Below, in pieces: positions 11,707-23,854 of a stretch of DNA of 64,000 nt. Below the pieces are notes generated by a model, which saw only the letters and a program-made list of their open reading frames with translations, ran no database searches and was not told the origin of the DNA. Position 1 is the first letter of the stretch; every line of letters starts with the position of its first letter. The position numbers and the translations under genes were made by a program. Source of the stretch: Flectonema sp. DT1601 (lineage: Eukaryota); contig OZ025792.1 in assembly GCA_964019425.1 (NCBI GenBank), forward strand, positions 1,116,001-1,180,000, given 5' to 3'.

Positions 11707-11905
11707 TTAGTTAGCAAAATACAAACTGATGACTACGAGGGGTCTGAGTAGCCCGCATCAGTAAGGACCCAATCGCGAAGATTGTAGTTTCATAGTATTG
11801 GCTGGAAGTGATCGACTTCCAGCCTCCACCTTGCCCAGAGGCTAACAGGTTGTAAACAACTAAAGAAAATAAAAGAGAAATGATCTGGGAGTGGGGGGAA
11901 GGTGA
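11707..11905 (-). repeat. Structured repeat family A, retroelement 3'-end-like with CTAA tail (other copies ~18623, 24295, 34384, 46114, 62514; diverged relatives ~31850, 41200, 52650)
   Basis: Near-identical GCAAAATACAAACTGATGACTACGAGGGGTCTG...GGCTAACAGGTTG blocks, mostly preceded on + by TTAGTTAG or a T run. Confidence 0.8.
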
Positions 11906-12199
11906 AAAAAAAAAAAAAACTTCTTTCTTTCATATACATCTTTCTTTAAAATACGACCACATGTGCCATGTGCCCACACTCCACGAAAGAAAATAGAAAA
12001 CCCCGGAACAGTACCGAGGATCGTTCACCACAGTTGTCCAAAGCATTATAATTGTACTGTGGGCTTACCGAAAAGCTTTAGGAATGTACCACAAAAAAAT
12101 TGGGCAGCACATAGCCATATCACTCTGCAAGAAATGAAAACCAAAAGGATCAGGTAAGATGACAGTCAGTTTAAGGTCATAACTGCGCCGGACCGAACA

Positions 12200-12505
12200 A
12201 AGAAGAGAGAAGAGATACAAAGAAAGGATTGAGTGATCGTTTCTTTAGCACTCCATGTTGATAACTAAAAGCGGGACAGGCTCAAGGAAAACAGCAGGAA
12301 GACAGAAGTGAACATTCACTACATGCGGATCACATTCTGAAGATAATAATGCTGAAGAAATAAACCTTATTAAGACCCAGGTAAGAATCGGTGATTAAGA
12401 TAATCAAAAGAAAGATTGAAGTGAGGATGATTAACAGGAAGGAACAACAAAGAATTAATCAAATTGAAACGTTGGCCTGTCGTCATCCTTGGATAAGTAA
12501 ATAAA
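12200..12505. repeat. ~300-bp dispersed spacer module (copies ~19125, 25530, 33475, 34870, 43225, 44905, 45635, partial 56675)
   Basis: Recurring CACATTCTGAAGATAATAATGCTG...ATTAAGACCCAGGTAAGAATCGG...GGAAGGAACAACAAAG. Confidence 0.85.
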
Positions 12506-13463
12506 GTTAGGTAGCAAAATACAAACCGATGATACGGGTCTGGGTAGCCCATAAGGAATCGATAAACTTATTAAAAGTTGCTTGTTGATTCCTGTACTCC
12601 GAAAGCTTCAAATTAAATTTTAAAAAAAGCTCTGAAATGAAATCTTCCGGTGGGGTGGAAATAAACTGATGATCCGCAGGGCTACTCGTACAATCCTGTC
12701 TCAACAGTAAGTACAAAGAACAAAAAGAGAGAAAAAATTAAATATTAAATATTTAACAAAGCCGAAACAGAAGATTACGCTGATTTAGATTTAATACGCA
12801 CAACAGTTAACTTTTCTACTTGAGTAACAAGCTGTCTTGATTCTCTTCAGATATCCCACGTGTGAATCAACTTCTAAGAATATCATTCAAATCTCTGGTC
12901 GGGTCTCTGAATCTCATAAACAGTGAATTTGAGAAGATGACTTTTCAGGATCCTACTTCTTCTCATCTAATATCCGACAATTCTTCAATTCAAAGGTCCG
13001 TATTCTCAAGCTCTCCGATTGCGGAATCAATGTTCCCGTTTTCAATGGTGAGTTGGATACGTTGGCTATGCATGTTGAAGAAATCAGACAAGAAACACAA
13101 TAGTATTACGACTTGTAAAGAAATTGTATTGAAAAGTACTTAATATTTGACGTGCCTATTTGTGCCATGAGGTCCTTCCTTTTGGTCGATTCCGTATTAA
13201 ATACCTCACTGAATGAAAAGGACATTCATACTAAGGTATACATACTACAAGTGTTTAACGATTACCTTCTCTTGAAGTAACAAACCTTAAACATGAGTAA
13301 TCCTTATTGATATATTATCGAAGTCTTGAGTTACGTTTAGCAGAAGTACCTTGTTCCCTGTAGTCGAACTATTTAAAGTTCTATTCGTTCATATTTGGTT
13401 AAATAGATCTTGTTCTTAAACATTATCAGAGAGAGACGATGAATAATGATATGATCTACAAGA

Positions 13464-13584
13464 TGGGGGGAGAGAGCTCTCTGCGGGCGGCCGCTTAGAG
13501 CGTTTCGAATCCCAGCAATATTTCTCAGCTAGAGGAAGCAAAAGTCGTAACAAGGTTGCTGTAGGTGAACCTGCAGCAGGATCA
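13464..13584 (+). pseudogene. Retroposed 3' end of SSU (18S) rRNA with 6-bp TSD
   Basis: TAGAGGAAGCAAAAGTCGTAACAAGGTTGCTGTAGGTGAACCTGCAGCAGGATCA, flanked by ACAAGA at 13458-13463 and 13585-13590; empty paralogous site at 20616-20621. Confidence 0.95.
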
Positions 13585-13806
13585 ACAAGAGGGCAAATTT
13601 CAAATTGTGTTCGATACTTCAGGAGGAGGAATTTATGGATCTTGGTAGCTGAGTACATAGCTACCAATACTGTAAGCGGGTCATATAGTTAGTATTGGTA
13701 ACATTAGCAGGGGTTATTACAAATAAATAAATAATCAATCAAACAAATCGTAGGACATCAACCAATAATGGTTGGTGAGATAAAAGGGAACATAGTTAAG
13801 TATAAA

Positions 13807-16422
13807 TTAGTTTCTATATAGAATCTGATACGGGTAAACGGAATCCGATGTGAGAAGTGAGGATGTGCCATTCCTATCCAGGAATTCTTGTCTCATTAAA
13901 GAAAGCTCTAAAGAAGCTTCCCCTGTTGGTAAATTCCTCATCGTCAACACTGAACCAGAATTCGATGTCCCTGAAAACGAAGCCAACGGATGCATCGATG
14001 GCAACGGCGACAACGCATCACTCATCGACAATCCCAAACTCGATCTCATCGGCATTGACTCGCTTACTACAGAAGTCTCATCAAGCTTCTTATTCTTTTC
14101 CCAATGTCTTTGTTGTACTCGAGTTCGAATACCCTTGCACAGAATGTATCCTTCAACAAGAACATCAATTCCTGACTTAACTATTAAAATAATTACCGAA
14201 TCAAATAGTAAAGTAGAAGCAATTTCGAAACCGTAGTGTCTAGTGTTCTCTTCGTAGTAACCTGCTGCCATGCAGAAAAGAGCAGCTGCCTGGAGACCGA
14301 GGAGGACGAAGTCGACAGTGCTGTCACGTGCTCGACAGTGCGGCCACAGAATTGCTTCGAGTACAAGGAGAATTAGAAAGAGAAATCCTTCAAAAAGTTT
14401 CTTGTGTCCGCACTGAATTAAAGTTCTGGTATTGAGAGACTCCATAGCACTGATCGCAAGCATCGAAGCAAACTCCACAATACTAAACCAAACTACTTCC
14501 TGACGAAATGATCCAATCACTGTTCTGTAACGATTCACCCAATGAAGCTCAACATGATTGCTGACCCATTCTCCAGGTCCCATCAACAGTCGCTTCAATC
14601 CATAACGAGCATCGTCAGCGTACACTGCCTGACTAGGAACTCCCTTCCTGCATTCTCTAAAGATAAATATTGGAACAGCAACACAACCACAACACGTAAC
14701 AAATCCTATTATAAAGTGAAATGGCGTATTCGGGTGGCTCACAAGAGACATCCCACCTTGTGTCGTACCTTGGTATAAGAATTGGAAGACGAACAACGGA
14801 GCCGAAGGAAATCTCAGTAATCCCTGAGTGTCCAAACCATTGAACAACTTTGGGGCACAACTCGTACCTCCCCGTTCTGCTATCTTTAATATGAAGAAAC
14901 ACAATACTGCAAACCCGAATGATATCATCACATTCCCAGCCACCATTCCAAGCGCATAACTGTCTCCAATTTTCCACTGTGTCGGGTGTAGAGGTCGAGG
15001 GTACTCCCTCGATGAATTATTCTCATTTCCAACACGACAGCTTCCAGATATCGCAACCAACCGCAAGGCTGGTCCCGCTGATGCACCGGCTCCCAAAGCA
15101 GCAGCCGCCGCAGCTGCCGAACCCACTTCTTCAACGGTTTCCGCCGTCTTCTTGTCGATCACTGGTGGAACTTCTGTTGGAGGTGCGGCAGTCTCAGGCA
15201 CGCTAGTGGAAGGAACAGGAGTAGGAGGTAACGGAGAAGGCATCTGTGTCGGAATCGATGTTGGAGGTAATGTTGATGGCACAGCGGTTGGAACAACTGT
15301 CCCAATCGGTCGGGCTGTAGGAATAGTAGGAACTGCGGTGGGGACAGTTGTCCCTGGCTGAACTGTGGTTGGTACTGCTGTAGGAATAGCTGGAACAGCT
15401 GTCGGTATGGCTGTTGGAACAGTTGTCGGTAATGCAGTCGGAATGGCAGTAGGAACTGCTGTTGGTAAAACCTTGGGAACAGGTGTTATTCTTCCGTAGA
15501 GCCTACACCTGCCAGTTGATCTCTTGAGAGTGTAAATAAAGTCTGAGACTGCAATAATTTCATCGGCATCATTCGCTACGGTATCGACAATTCCACCGTC
15601 GAAGACCGGAAGACTGGGACCGATACCGTAAGCTACTCCTGGAGTGTCTCCATGTTGACAGGTTACATCTACCATATTACCAGGGTTAGTTTTTACACGC
15701 TTGGGTAGCGAAGAAGCCTTTTCACCGAAGAAAGTATTGTCTCCTACGGCAAATACATATCCGTTGCAGGCAACAATGCGTTTGAGTCTGTTCACGTCGT
15801 TGAAATATGTTGTAGAGTACGATTTGGATCTTAGTTTACCGACTACTGGAGTAGTGGATGTGTATCTGCTGATGTAAAATATGTTTCTAGAGGACTCGTC
15901 TACGGTAATCGATCCGATGTCTCTGTTTCTTAAGAAGCTTCTTGAGCTGTCTACAGTTCCCATGGCAATGTTTGCCATTTCGAAGTATATTATCCCTTTG
16001 TTTTGACATGCGCCATAGATAGTTTTTCCCTTAGCAGCGAGTTCGAGACAACTTCCAGAGTATGCAATCTTCTTAACATTCGCAGTGTCAATTGCACCAC
16101 CACTAAGAATAGGAATTACATGTAGCTTACCAGGTTCAGCAGCAACCAAATAAGGTGTTCCTCCGATAGTTATTGAAGTAGCAGTAATAATGTTTGAAGT
16201 GTAACTCTTTGTTGAAACCGTTGAGCACTGAGTAGTTTCAGGATCAAACTGTCTGATTAGAGTACCAGAAAATATGTACATCCACTTGTCATAAACAGCC
16301 ATTGTTTCTATTGCACCGTATCCAACACTATCAAGAAAAACTGTTTTGTAGCATGTTGCTAATTGTACCACAGTCAGAAGGATGAAAAACGTCCCCACAT
16401 GCCTGAAGGTACTTGCCGCCAT
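13807..16422 (-). CDS. Mucin-stalked 7-TM surface protein, paralogue 2 (short stalk, rearranged C-terminus), ~871 aa
   Basis: Same architecture as paralogue 1; intact ORF; unique C-terminus TSSLLTSDSVYPYQILYRN. Confidence 0.9.
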   Translation of the reverse strand: MAASTFRHVGTFFILLTVVQLATCYKTVFLDSVGYGAIETMAVYDKWMYIFSGTLIRQFDPETTQCSTVSTKSYTSNIITATSITIGGTPYLVAAEPGKLHVIPILSGGAIDTANVKKIAYSGSCLELAAKGKTIYGACQNKGIIYFEMANIAMGTVDSSRSFLRNRDIGSITVDESSRNIFYISRYTSTTPVVGKLRSKSYSTTYFNDVNRLKRIVACNGYVFAVGDNTFFGEKASSLPKRVKTNPGNMVDVTCQHGDTPGVAYGIGPSLPVFDGGIVDTVANDADEIIAVSDFIYTLKRSTGRCRLYGRITPVPKVLPTAVPTAIPTALPTTVPTAIPTAVPAIPTAVPTTVQPGTTVPTAVPTIPTARPIGTVVPTAVPSTLPPTSIPTQMPSPLPPTPVPSTSVPETAAPPTEVPPVIDKKTAETVEEVGSAAAAAAALGAGASAGPALRLVAISGSCRVGNENNSSREYPRPLHPTQWKIGDSYALGMVAGNVMISFGFAVLCFFILKIAERGGTSCAPKLFNGLDTQGLLRFPSAPLFVFQFLYQGTTQGGMSLVSHPNTPFHFIIGFVTCCGCVAVPIFIFRECRKGVPSQAVYADDARYGLKRLLMGPGEWVSNHVELHWVNRYRTVIGSFRQEVVWFSIVEFASMLAISAMESLNTRTLIQCGHKKLFEGFLFLILLVLEAILWPHCRARDSTVDFVLLGLQAAALFCMAAGYYEENTRHYGFEIASTLLFDSVIILIVKSGIDVLVEGYILCKGIRTRVQQRHWEKNKKLDETSVVSESMPMRSSLGLSMSDALSPLPSMHPLASFSGTSNSGSVLTMRNLPTGEASLELSLMRQEFLDRNGTSSLLTSDSVYPYQILYRN

Positions 16423-19400
16423 ACTGTGTGGGTGGCTGTGAGTGAAGAACATGTAAAACATAATACTCAAATAACTTCGTCAATCAATTCTACTCTGATG
16501 AGGGGCATCTTGTCAATTGAAACTTCTGCATAATTGTGATAACTGATGCAAAGATGAGAATAAGAGTAAATAATTTCATTACCTTGTCTTCAACAGAGTT
16601 AGAAAGATTGGGTGTAGATCCTATCTAGTCGATTGGTCGATCGTTCGAACGATTCTTAGATCCAAAGCTCTCGATAGAACGGATGGTTTGCTTACTTCGA
16701 GTCGATGCGCGGGGCAGGTATCGGAAGAAAGAAGAGAATTTCGCGTGGCCTGAGTTGCTTTGTTTATCGGAGAGGCTTCATACTGAATACCACACGGCAC
16801 TCCTGAGAATCGTTATCGTGGATCAGAGCCTCCGTGTGTGACTGGGTTAGAGCTTCCAATCTTATTTAAATTGAGGGAAAATAGCGTAAGACATATTTCA
16901 GCGTCTTCCATTTGTTAATTTACCAAAGTCAGGGTAGTCAACCTCTAGAGAATCCAAAGATCATGTGATAGACACAATGAAATATTAAGTTAGTAATATT
17001 AAACGCTCGATGTAAAAAGAAAGAAAACTTTTTGAAAAAGCAGTGAAGCACTACAAAGAAGGGAAGATGGCAGACAGGTGATTGAAAACAAATAAAAGGG
17101 AAAACCCACCAGTCTTTTTTTTTTATGAGTGCTCCACGACCCACCCTGTTTCTCTTTTATTTTTAACCCTTGTTGAGTGGAAGGGTACCTGCTCTCAAGA
17201 GAATAATATTGATAAGGGGAATAGGAGCATAGTTTATAATTGCAGGTCTTAGAAACGGAAAGCGCCACGTCATTTTCATAGAAACAGTTGTTGACTATGT
17301 TGAGTATCAGTTGGGCGGATTTAAATATCAAGACTGTGACCGTAGTATACGTTTCTCCAAAGTTTTGGGTAGACTTGTAGGTTTTCAAAAAAAAAAAAAG
17401 GGGGAAATTTGAGAAATTGTTTGAGCATATTTATAAGGATATGTATTGTATCAAAGTAAACTTCTAAGTTAAACGTTAATTAGCGAGCACGACATACTAT
17501 CGAGAATCAGTTGAATACAACGCAACAGGGTGGAACGGTTTAACACCTGTGAATCCGAACCTAGTCCCTAAGAGGATCACTTTTCAGCTTTAGCGAGGAA
17601 AACTAATGTTCAAGGATCTGAATATCGATTATGCTTCCGTCTTGACCAGTTCGCTATCAAAATAACAAAGTTTGGGGAGGGTAACTTGATACTATGATTA
17701 AATAGGGAAGGGAAAAGGAGTTGACTATGAGAATGGCAAAAGTAAAACAACAAAAAAAAATAAATAAGTTAGAAATTTAATCGCGAGGGGTGTTAAAAAA
17801 AGATGAAACTTGTAAAAAAACAGTAACAACTTACTTCAAGTATTAATACAAAATTAATATCAAGTACTGGACTGGAAAATATTTGTAGTTTTTAATTAAA
17901 GTAAGTGTTTTAAAAAAAAAAAAAAAAAAAAAAAATGAATGGAATAAATAGTTTGTTTGTCCTGTTGATCAGACGGTGTCTGATCTGAGGCCACGTACAA
18001 AAAAAGGGGAATGGGTATGTGGGATATTTTGCCACGCCCACTTCTAAAAATAGACTAGAAAGCAACAAAAAGGGAAATGTTAGTCAAAATTAAAGTTTTG
18101 CTTTAAAACAATTCATTTATTTAATGAGAGAGAATATTTCAGGCTTCAGTTACTTGAAGAAGCATGATGAAAGGAAAATAATTATTGTTCAAACTAAAAA
18201 GGGAATCAACGGGAAAATAAAAAAAAAAAAAAAATCATTCAGATATATTTTAGTTGTAACCTTCTCATTGCTTAATTGATATTGCTTGTGTTCGCATGTT
18301 TTCTTGTGTTAGCAACAACATGAATTGAAAAAGATTTTTAACACATCATGTCTAAATATGAGCGTACTAAAAATATATAAGAGAAAAAAAAAAAGAAAAA
18401 CACAAAGAGTCACTGGAAAGGTTGAGAACGTTCTCAAAAGAAAAACAATCTCACCAACCTTTGCTGCACAAAAAGAAAAAAGAATTATTGCGCAATTAAA
18501 ATAATGACAAACATAAACACAGAGCAAGCAATGTAACATGACATCACACATTCATTCGTTGATCAGACATCAATGGTTGAATTATGCTTTGATACACTCT
18601 GAAGAATTTTTTTTTTTTTTTTTTAGCAAAATACAAACTGATGACTATGAGGGGTCTGGGTAGCCCGCATCAGTAAGGACCCAATCGCGAAGATTGTAGT
18701 TTCATAGTATTGGCTGGAAGTGATCGACTTCCAGCCTCCACCTTGCCCAGAGGCTAACAGGTTGTAAACAACTAAAGAAAATAAAAGAGAAATGATCTGG
18801 GAGTGGGGGGAAGGTGAAAAAAATAAAAAATCTTCTTTCTTTCATATACATCTTTCTTTATAATACGACCATATGTGCCATATGCCCACACTCCACGAAA
18901 GAAAATAGAAAACCCCGGAACAGTACCGAGGATCGTTCACCCCTAGTTGTCCAAAGCATTACAATTGTACTGCGGGCTTACCGAAAAGCTTTAGAAATGT
19001 ACCACAAAAAATTGGGCAGCACATAGCCATATCACTCAGCAAGAAATGAAAACCAAAAGGATCAGGTAAGATGACAGTCAGTTTAGAATTAACTAACAAA
19101 AAGTTAATACAACGCAACAAAGAAGACAAGAGAAGAGATAAAAAGAAAGGATTGAGTGATCGTTTCTTTAGAACTCCATGTTGATAACTAAAAGCGGGAC
19201 AGGCTCAAGGAAAACAGCAGGAAGACAGAAGTCAACTGCGGGTCACATTCTGAAGATAATAATGCTGAAGAAATGAACCTCATTAAGACCCAGGTAAGAA
19301 TCGGTGATTAAGATAATCAAAAGAAAGATTGAAGTGAGGATGATTAACAGGAAGGAACAACAAAGAATTCATTGAACTGAAACAGTTGGCCTGTCGTCAT

Positions 19401-21277
19401 CTCTAGATAAGTAAACAAAATAATGAAAATTAATTAAAGGCAGACATAAGGAATCGATAAACTTATTAAAGGTTGCGTGTTGCCTCCTGTACTCCGAAAG
19501 CTTCAAATTAAATTCAAAAAAAAAAAGTACTCTGAAAAATGAAATCTTCTGGGGTGGAAATAAGCTGATGATCCGCAGGGCGACTCGTGTGGTCCTGTCT
19601 CAACAGAAAAAATAAAATATTAAATATGTAACATAGCCGAAACAGAAAATTACGGAATGAAGTAGAAGATGCACTGAAATGATGCACAATTCTCAACAAC
19701 AAAATACCCGAGAAACTTAATAAATAAGTTCCTGCAGAGTGAGCTGAAGCTACCCTCCGTGAACGAAACAAAGTTAAGCCATTAACCGTACGCAGTGTCT
19801 GAGAAGGGCTACGAAAAGGTATTCCATCAAACGAATAACGAAAGAAAAGTATAAAGACCAACAAGAATAGTGACCCTGATTGGGGATCTGTTTTCCGTAC
19901 AACGACAGGTTATCAAAATATAATTGAGCCTTTGATCTTGTTCGGTAATTCCCGAGGGGGTGAAGTATAACGGGATTAAAGAATCACCCTTTACGAACAC
20001 ACACAAAACGTTTTTGCTTTTTCGCAGTCGCTGACGCTGATTTAACCTAAAAGTAAGAAGTCAGTTTGGATTAGCTTCAGCGACGCAACTAGAGAAAGGA
20101 AAAGGGAAAAAAACCACGGAGAGGAAACGGAGAACGGAATTGTGAACTATCGGGTCAATCATATTTCCTACAATACAAAAAAGTGTGGATGCAAAAAAAG
20201 AAGGGAAGAAACTAAATAAAAGATAGGTATCATATCAATTTAATTACGACTCGTTGAATTTATGATTAAATAAATAAAGGAACAAACAAACGAATAAGGT
20301 TAAACTAGGAGATGGGGTTGGCGAAAGTGAGGGTTCTCCTTTCTCTTTAAAGAGAATAATTAATTATATAAATTGCTCGTTAGTTTGAACTGCAAAAACT
20401 TACGTACCTCGTGAAAAAAATTCAATCTCTCCGGTATTACAACACATCACCGGGGTTTTTTGAGTTCTTTTTATGATCCCCTGGTCGTTTACGTTTAGCA
20501 GAAGCACCTCGTTCCCTGTAGTCGAACTATTTAAAGTTCTATTCGTTCATATTTGGTTAAATAGATCTTGTTCTTAAACATTATCAGAGAGAGACGATGA
20601 ATAATGATATGATCTACAAGAGGGCAAATTTCAAATTGTGTTCGATACTTCAGGAGGAGGTATTTATGGATCTTGGTAGCTGAGTACATAGCTACCAATA
20701 CTGTAAGCGGGTCATATAGTTAGTATTGGTAACATTAGCAGGGGTTATTACAAATAAATAAATAATCAATCAAACAAATCGTAGGACATCAACCAATAAT
20801 GTTTGGTGAGATAAAAGGGAACATAGTTAAGTATAAATTAGTTTCTATATAGAATCTGATACGGGTCAATGGAAAGTGAGGATGTGAATCCCCACCAGCT
20901 TTCGTTTCTTTTGTTTTTGAATAAAAAATCTTCCGAAGAAGAACTCTTCATATTTGTTTAATTTTGCTATACCAAAATATTAAAAACGAAACCCTGAATA
21001 ATATGAACATTCACCCCAAATTGTTTCAAGCAGCAATATTACAAGCTGCTTACTGAATGCCTTATAACAACACAAGATCCGTAATAAATATTCCAATCAG
21101 AATCAGAAGGAAGCTCAAATGTGACAACGGGTTATACCTTCCCCTTACTTCCAGGGTTAAAAACGGCTGCTTAAAGAAAAATGAGTCGCGAATCAATTCA
21201 GCCATAGCTCAAAAACAGCACGAATCTTGGTGCAACAGTATGCAGCAGGCAGGCAATCACTGTTGAAATGACATCAA

Positions 21278-23854
21278 CTAAACCTCAACAACAATATCGG
21301 AACTTCTGCTGTTCCCATCCGGGAATTCTTGTCTCATTAAAGAAAGCTCTAAAGAAGCTTCCTCTGTTGGAAAATTCCTCATCGTCAACACTGAACCAGA
21401 ATTCGATGTCCTTGAAAACGAAGCCAACGGATGCATCGATGGCAACGGCGACAACGCATCACTCATCGTCAAAGGCATTGACTCGCTTACTACAGAAGTC
21501 TCATCAAGCTTCTTATTCTTTTCCCAATGTCTTTGTTGTACTCGAGTTCGAATACCCTTGCACAGAATGTATCCTTCAACAAGAACATCAATTCCTGACT
21601 TAACTATTAAAATAATTACCGAAGCAAATAGTAAAGTAGAAGCAATTTCGAAACCGTAGTGTCCGGTGTTCTCTTCGTAGTAACCTGCTGCCATGAAGAA
21701 AAGAGCAGCTGCCTGGACACCGAGGAGGACGAAGTCAAAGGCGCTGTCACGTGCTCGACAGTGCGGCCAGAGAATTGCTTCGAGTACAAGGAGAATTAGA
21801 AAGAGAAATCCTTCAAAAAGTTTCTTGTGTCCGCACTGAATTAAAGTTCTGGTATTGAGAGACTCCATAGCACTGATCGCAAGCATCGAAGCAAACTCCA
21901 CAATACTAAACCAAACTACTTCCTGACGAAATGATCCAATCACTGTTCTGTAACGATTCACCCAATGAAGCTCAACATGATTGCTGACCCATTCTCCAGG
22001 TCCCATCAACAGTCGCTTCAATCCATAACGAGCATCGTCAGCGTACACTGCCTGACTAGGAACTCCTTTCCTGCATTCTCTAAAGATAACTATTGGAACA
22101 GCAACACAACCACAACACGTAACAAATCCTATTATAAAGTGAAATGGCGTATTCGGGTGGCTCACAAGAGACATCCCACCTTGTGTCGTACCTTGGTATA
22201 AGAATTGGAAGACGAACAACGGAGCCGAAGGAAATCTCAGTAATCCCTGAGTGTCCAAACCATTGAACAACTTTGGGGCACAACTCGTACCTCCCCGTTC
22301 TGCTATCTTTAATATGAAGAAACACAATACTGCAAACCCGAATGATATCATCACATTCCCAGCCACCATTCCAAGCGCATAACTGTCTCCAATTTTCCAC
22401 TGTGTCGGGTGTAGAGGTCGAGGGTACTCCCTCGATGAATTATTCTCATTTCCAGCACGACAGCTTCCAGATATCGCAACCAACCGCAAGGCTGGTCCCG
22501 CTGATGCACCGGCTCCCAAAGCAGAAGCCGCCGCAGCTGCCGAACCCACCCCTTCAACGGTTTCCGCCGTCTTCTTGTCGATCACTGGTGGAACTTCTGT
22601 TGGAGGTGCGGCAGTCTCAGGCACGCTAGTGGAAGGAACAGGAGTAGCAAGTAACGGAGAAGGCATCGGTGTTGGAATTAATGTTGGAATCGATGTTGGA
22701 GGTAATGTTGGCACAGCGGTTGGAACAACTGTCCCAATCGGTCGGGCTGTAGGAATAGTAGGAACTGCGGTGGGGACAGTTGTCCCTGGCTGAACTGTGG
22801 TTGGTACTGCTGTAGGAATAGCTGGAACAGCTGTCGGTATGGCTGTTGGAACAGTTGTCGGTAATGCAGTCGGAATGGCAGTAGGAACTGCTGTTGGTAA
22901 AACCTTAGGACCAGATGCTTTTTTCCCGTAGAGGCTACACGTACCAGTTAATTTCTTGAGAGTGTAAATAAAGTCTGAGACTGCAATAATTTCATCGGCA
23001 TCATTCGCTATGGTTTCGGCAATTCCATCGTCGAAGACCTTAAGACTGGGGCCGATACCGTATGCTACTTTTTTAGGGTCTCCATGTTGACAGGTTACGT
23101 CTAACATATTACCAGGGTTAGTTTTTACACGCCTGGATAGAGAATTATCCGCTCCACCGAAGAAAGTTTTGTCTCCTACGGCAAAGACATAACCCTTGCA
23201 GGCAACAATGCGTTTGAGCTTTTTGACATCTCTGATAAAGGTCGACGAATGCGCTTTATGTTTTAGTCTACCGACACCTGGAGCACTGGTTGAGTACTGA
23301 CTGAGGAAAAATATCTTACCAGTGGACTTGTCTACGGTAATTGATCCGATGTCTTGATTTTTTAAGAAGCTTCTTGAGCTGTCTACAGTTCCCATGGCAA
23401 TGTTTGCCATTTCGAAGTATATTATCCCTTTGTTTCTACATGCGCCATAGATAGTTTTTCCCTTAGCAGCGAGTTCAAGACAACTTCCAGAGTATGCACT
23501 CTTCGTAACATTCGCAGTGTCAATTGCACCACCACCAAGAATAGGAAATACATGTAGCTTACCAGGTTCAGCAGCAACCAAATAAGGTGTTCCTCCGATA
23601 GTTATTGAAGTAGCAGTAATAATGTTTGAAATGTAACTCTTTGTTAACAATGATGCGCACTGAGTAGTTTCAGGATCAAACTGTCTGATTAGAGTACCAG
23701 AAAACATGTACATCCACTTGTCATAAACAGCCATTGTTTCTATTGCACCGTATCCAACACTATCAATAAAAACTGTTTTGTAGCATGTTGCTAATTGCAC
23801 CACAGTCAGAAGGATGAAAAACGTCCCCACATGCCTGAAGGTACTTGCCGCCAT
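21278..23854 (-). CDS. Mucin-stalked 7-TM surface protein, paralogue 3 (short stalk), ~858 aa
   Basis: Intact ORF, same architecture; small in-frame deletion in the cytoplasmic tail. Confidence 0.9.
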   Translation of the reverse strand: MAASTFRHVGTFFILLTVVQLATCYKTVFIDSVGYGAIETMAVYDKWMYMFSGTLIRQFDPETTQCASLLTKSYISNIITATSITIGGTPYLVAAEPGKLHVFPILGGGAIDTANVTKSAYSGSCLELAAKGKTIYGACRNKGIIYFEMANIAMGTVDSSRSFLKNQDIGSITVDKSTGKIFFLSQYSTSAPGVGRLKHKAHSSTFIRDVKKLKRIVACKGYVFAVGDKTFFGGADNSLSRRVKTNPGNMLDVTCQHGDPKKVAYGIGPSLKVFDDGIAETIANDADEIIAVSDFIYTLKKLTGTCSLYGKKASGPKVLPTAVPTAIPTALPTTVPTAIPTAVPAIPTAVPTTVQPGTTVPTAVPTIPTARPIGTVVPTAVPTLPPTSIPTLIPTPMPSPLLATPVPSTSVPETAAPPTEVPPVIDKKTAETVEGVGSAAAAASALGAGASAGPALRLVAISGSCRAGNENNSSREYPRPLHPTQWKIGDSYALGMVAGNVMISFGFAVLCFFILKIAERGGTSCAPKLFNGLDTQGLLRFPSAPLFVFQFLYQGTTQGGMSLVSHPNTPFHFIIGFVTCCGCVAVPIVIFRECRKGVPSQAVYADDARYGLKRLLMGPGEWVSNHVELHWVNRYRTVIGSFRQEVVWFSIVEFASMLAISAMESLNTRTLIQCGHKKLFEGFLFLILLVLEAILWPHCRARDSAFDFVLLGVQAAALFFMAAGYYEENTGHYGFEIASTLLFASVIILIVKSGIDVLVEGYILCKGIRTRVQQRHWEKNKKLDETSVVSESMPLTMSDALSPLPSMHPLASFSRTSNSGSVLTMRNFPTEEASLELSLMRQEFPDGNSRSSDIVVEV

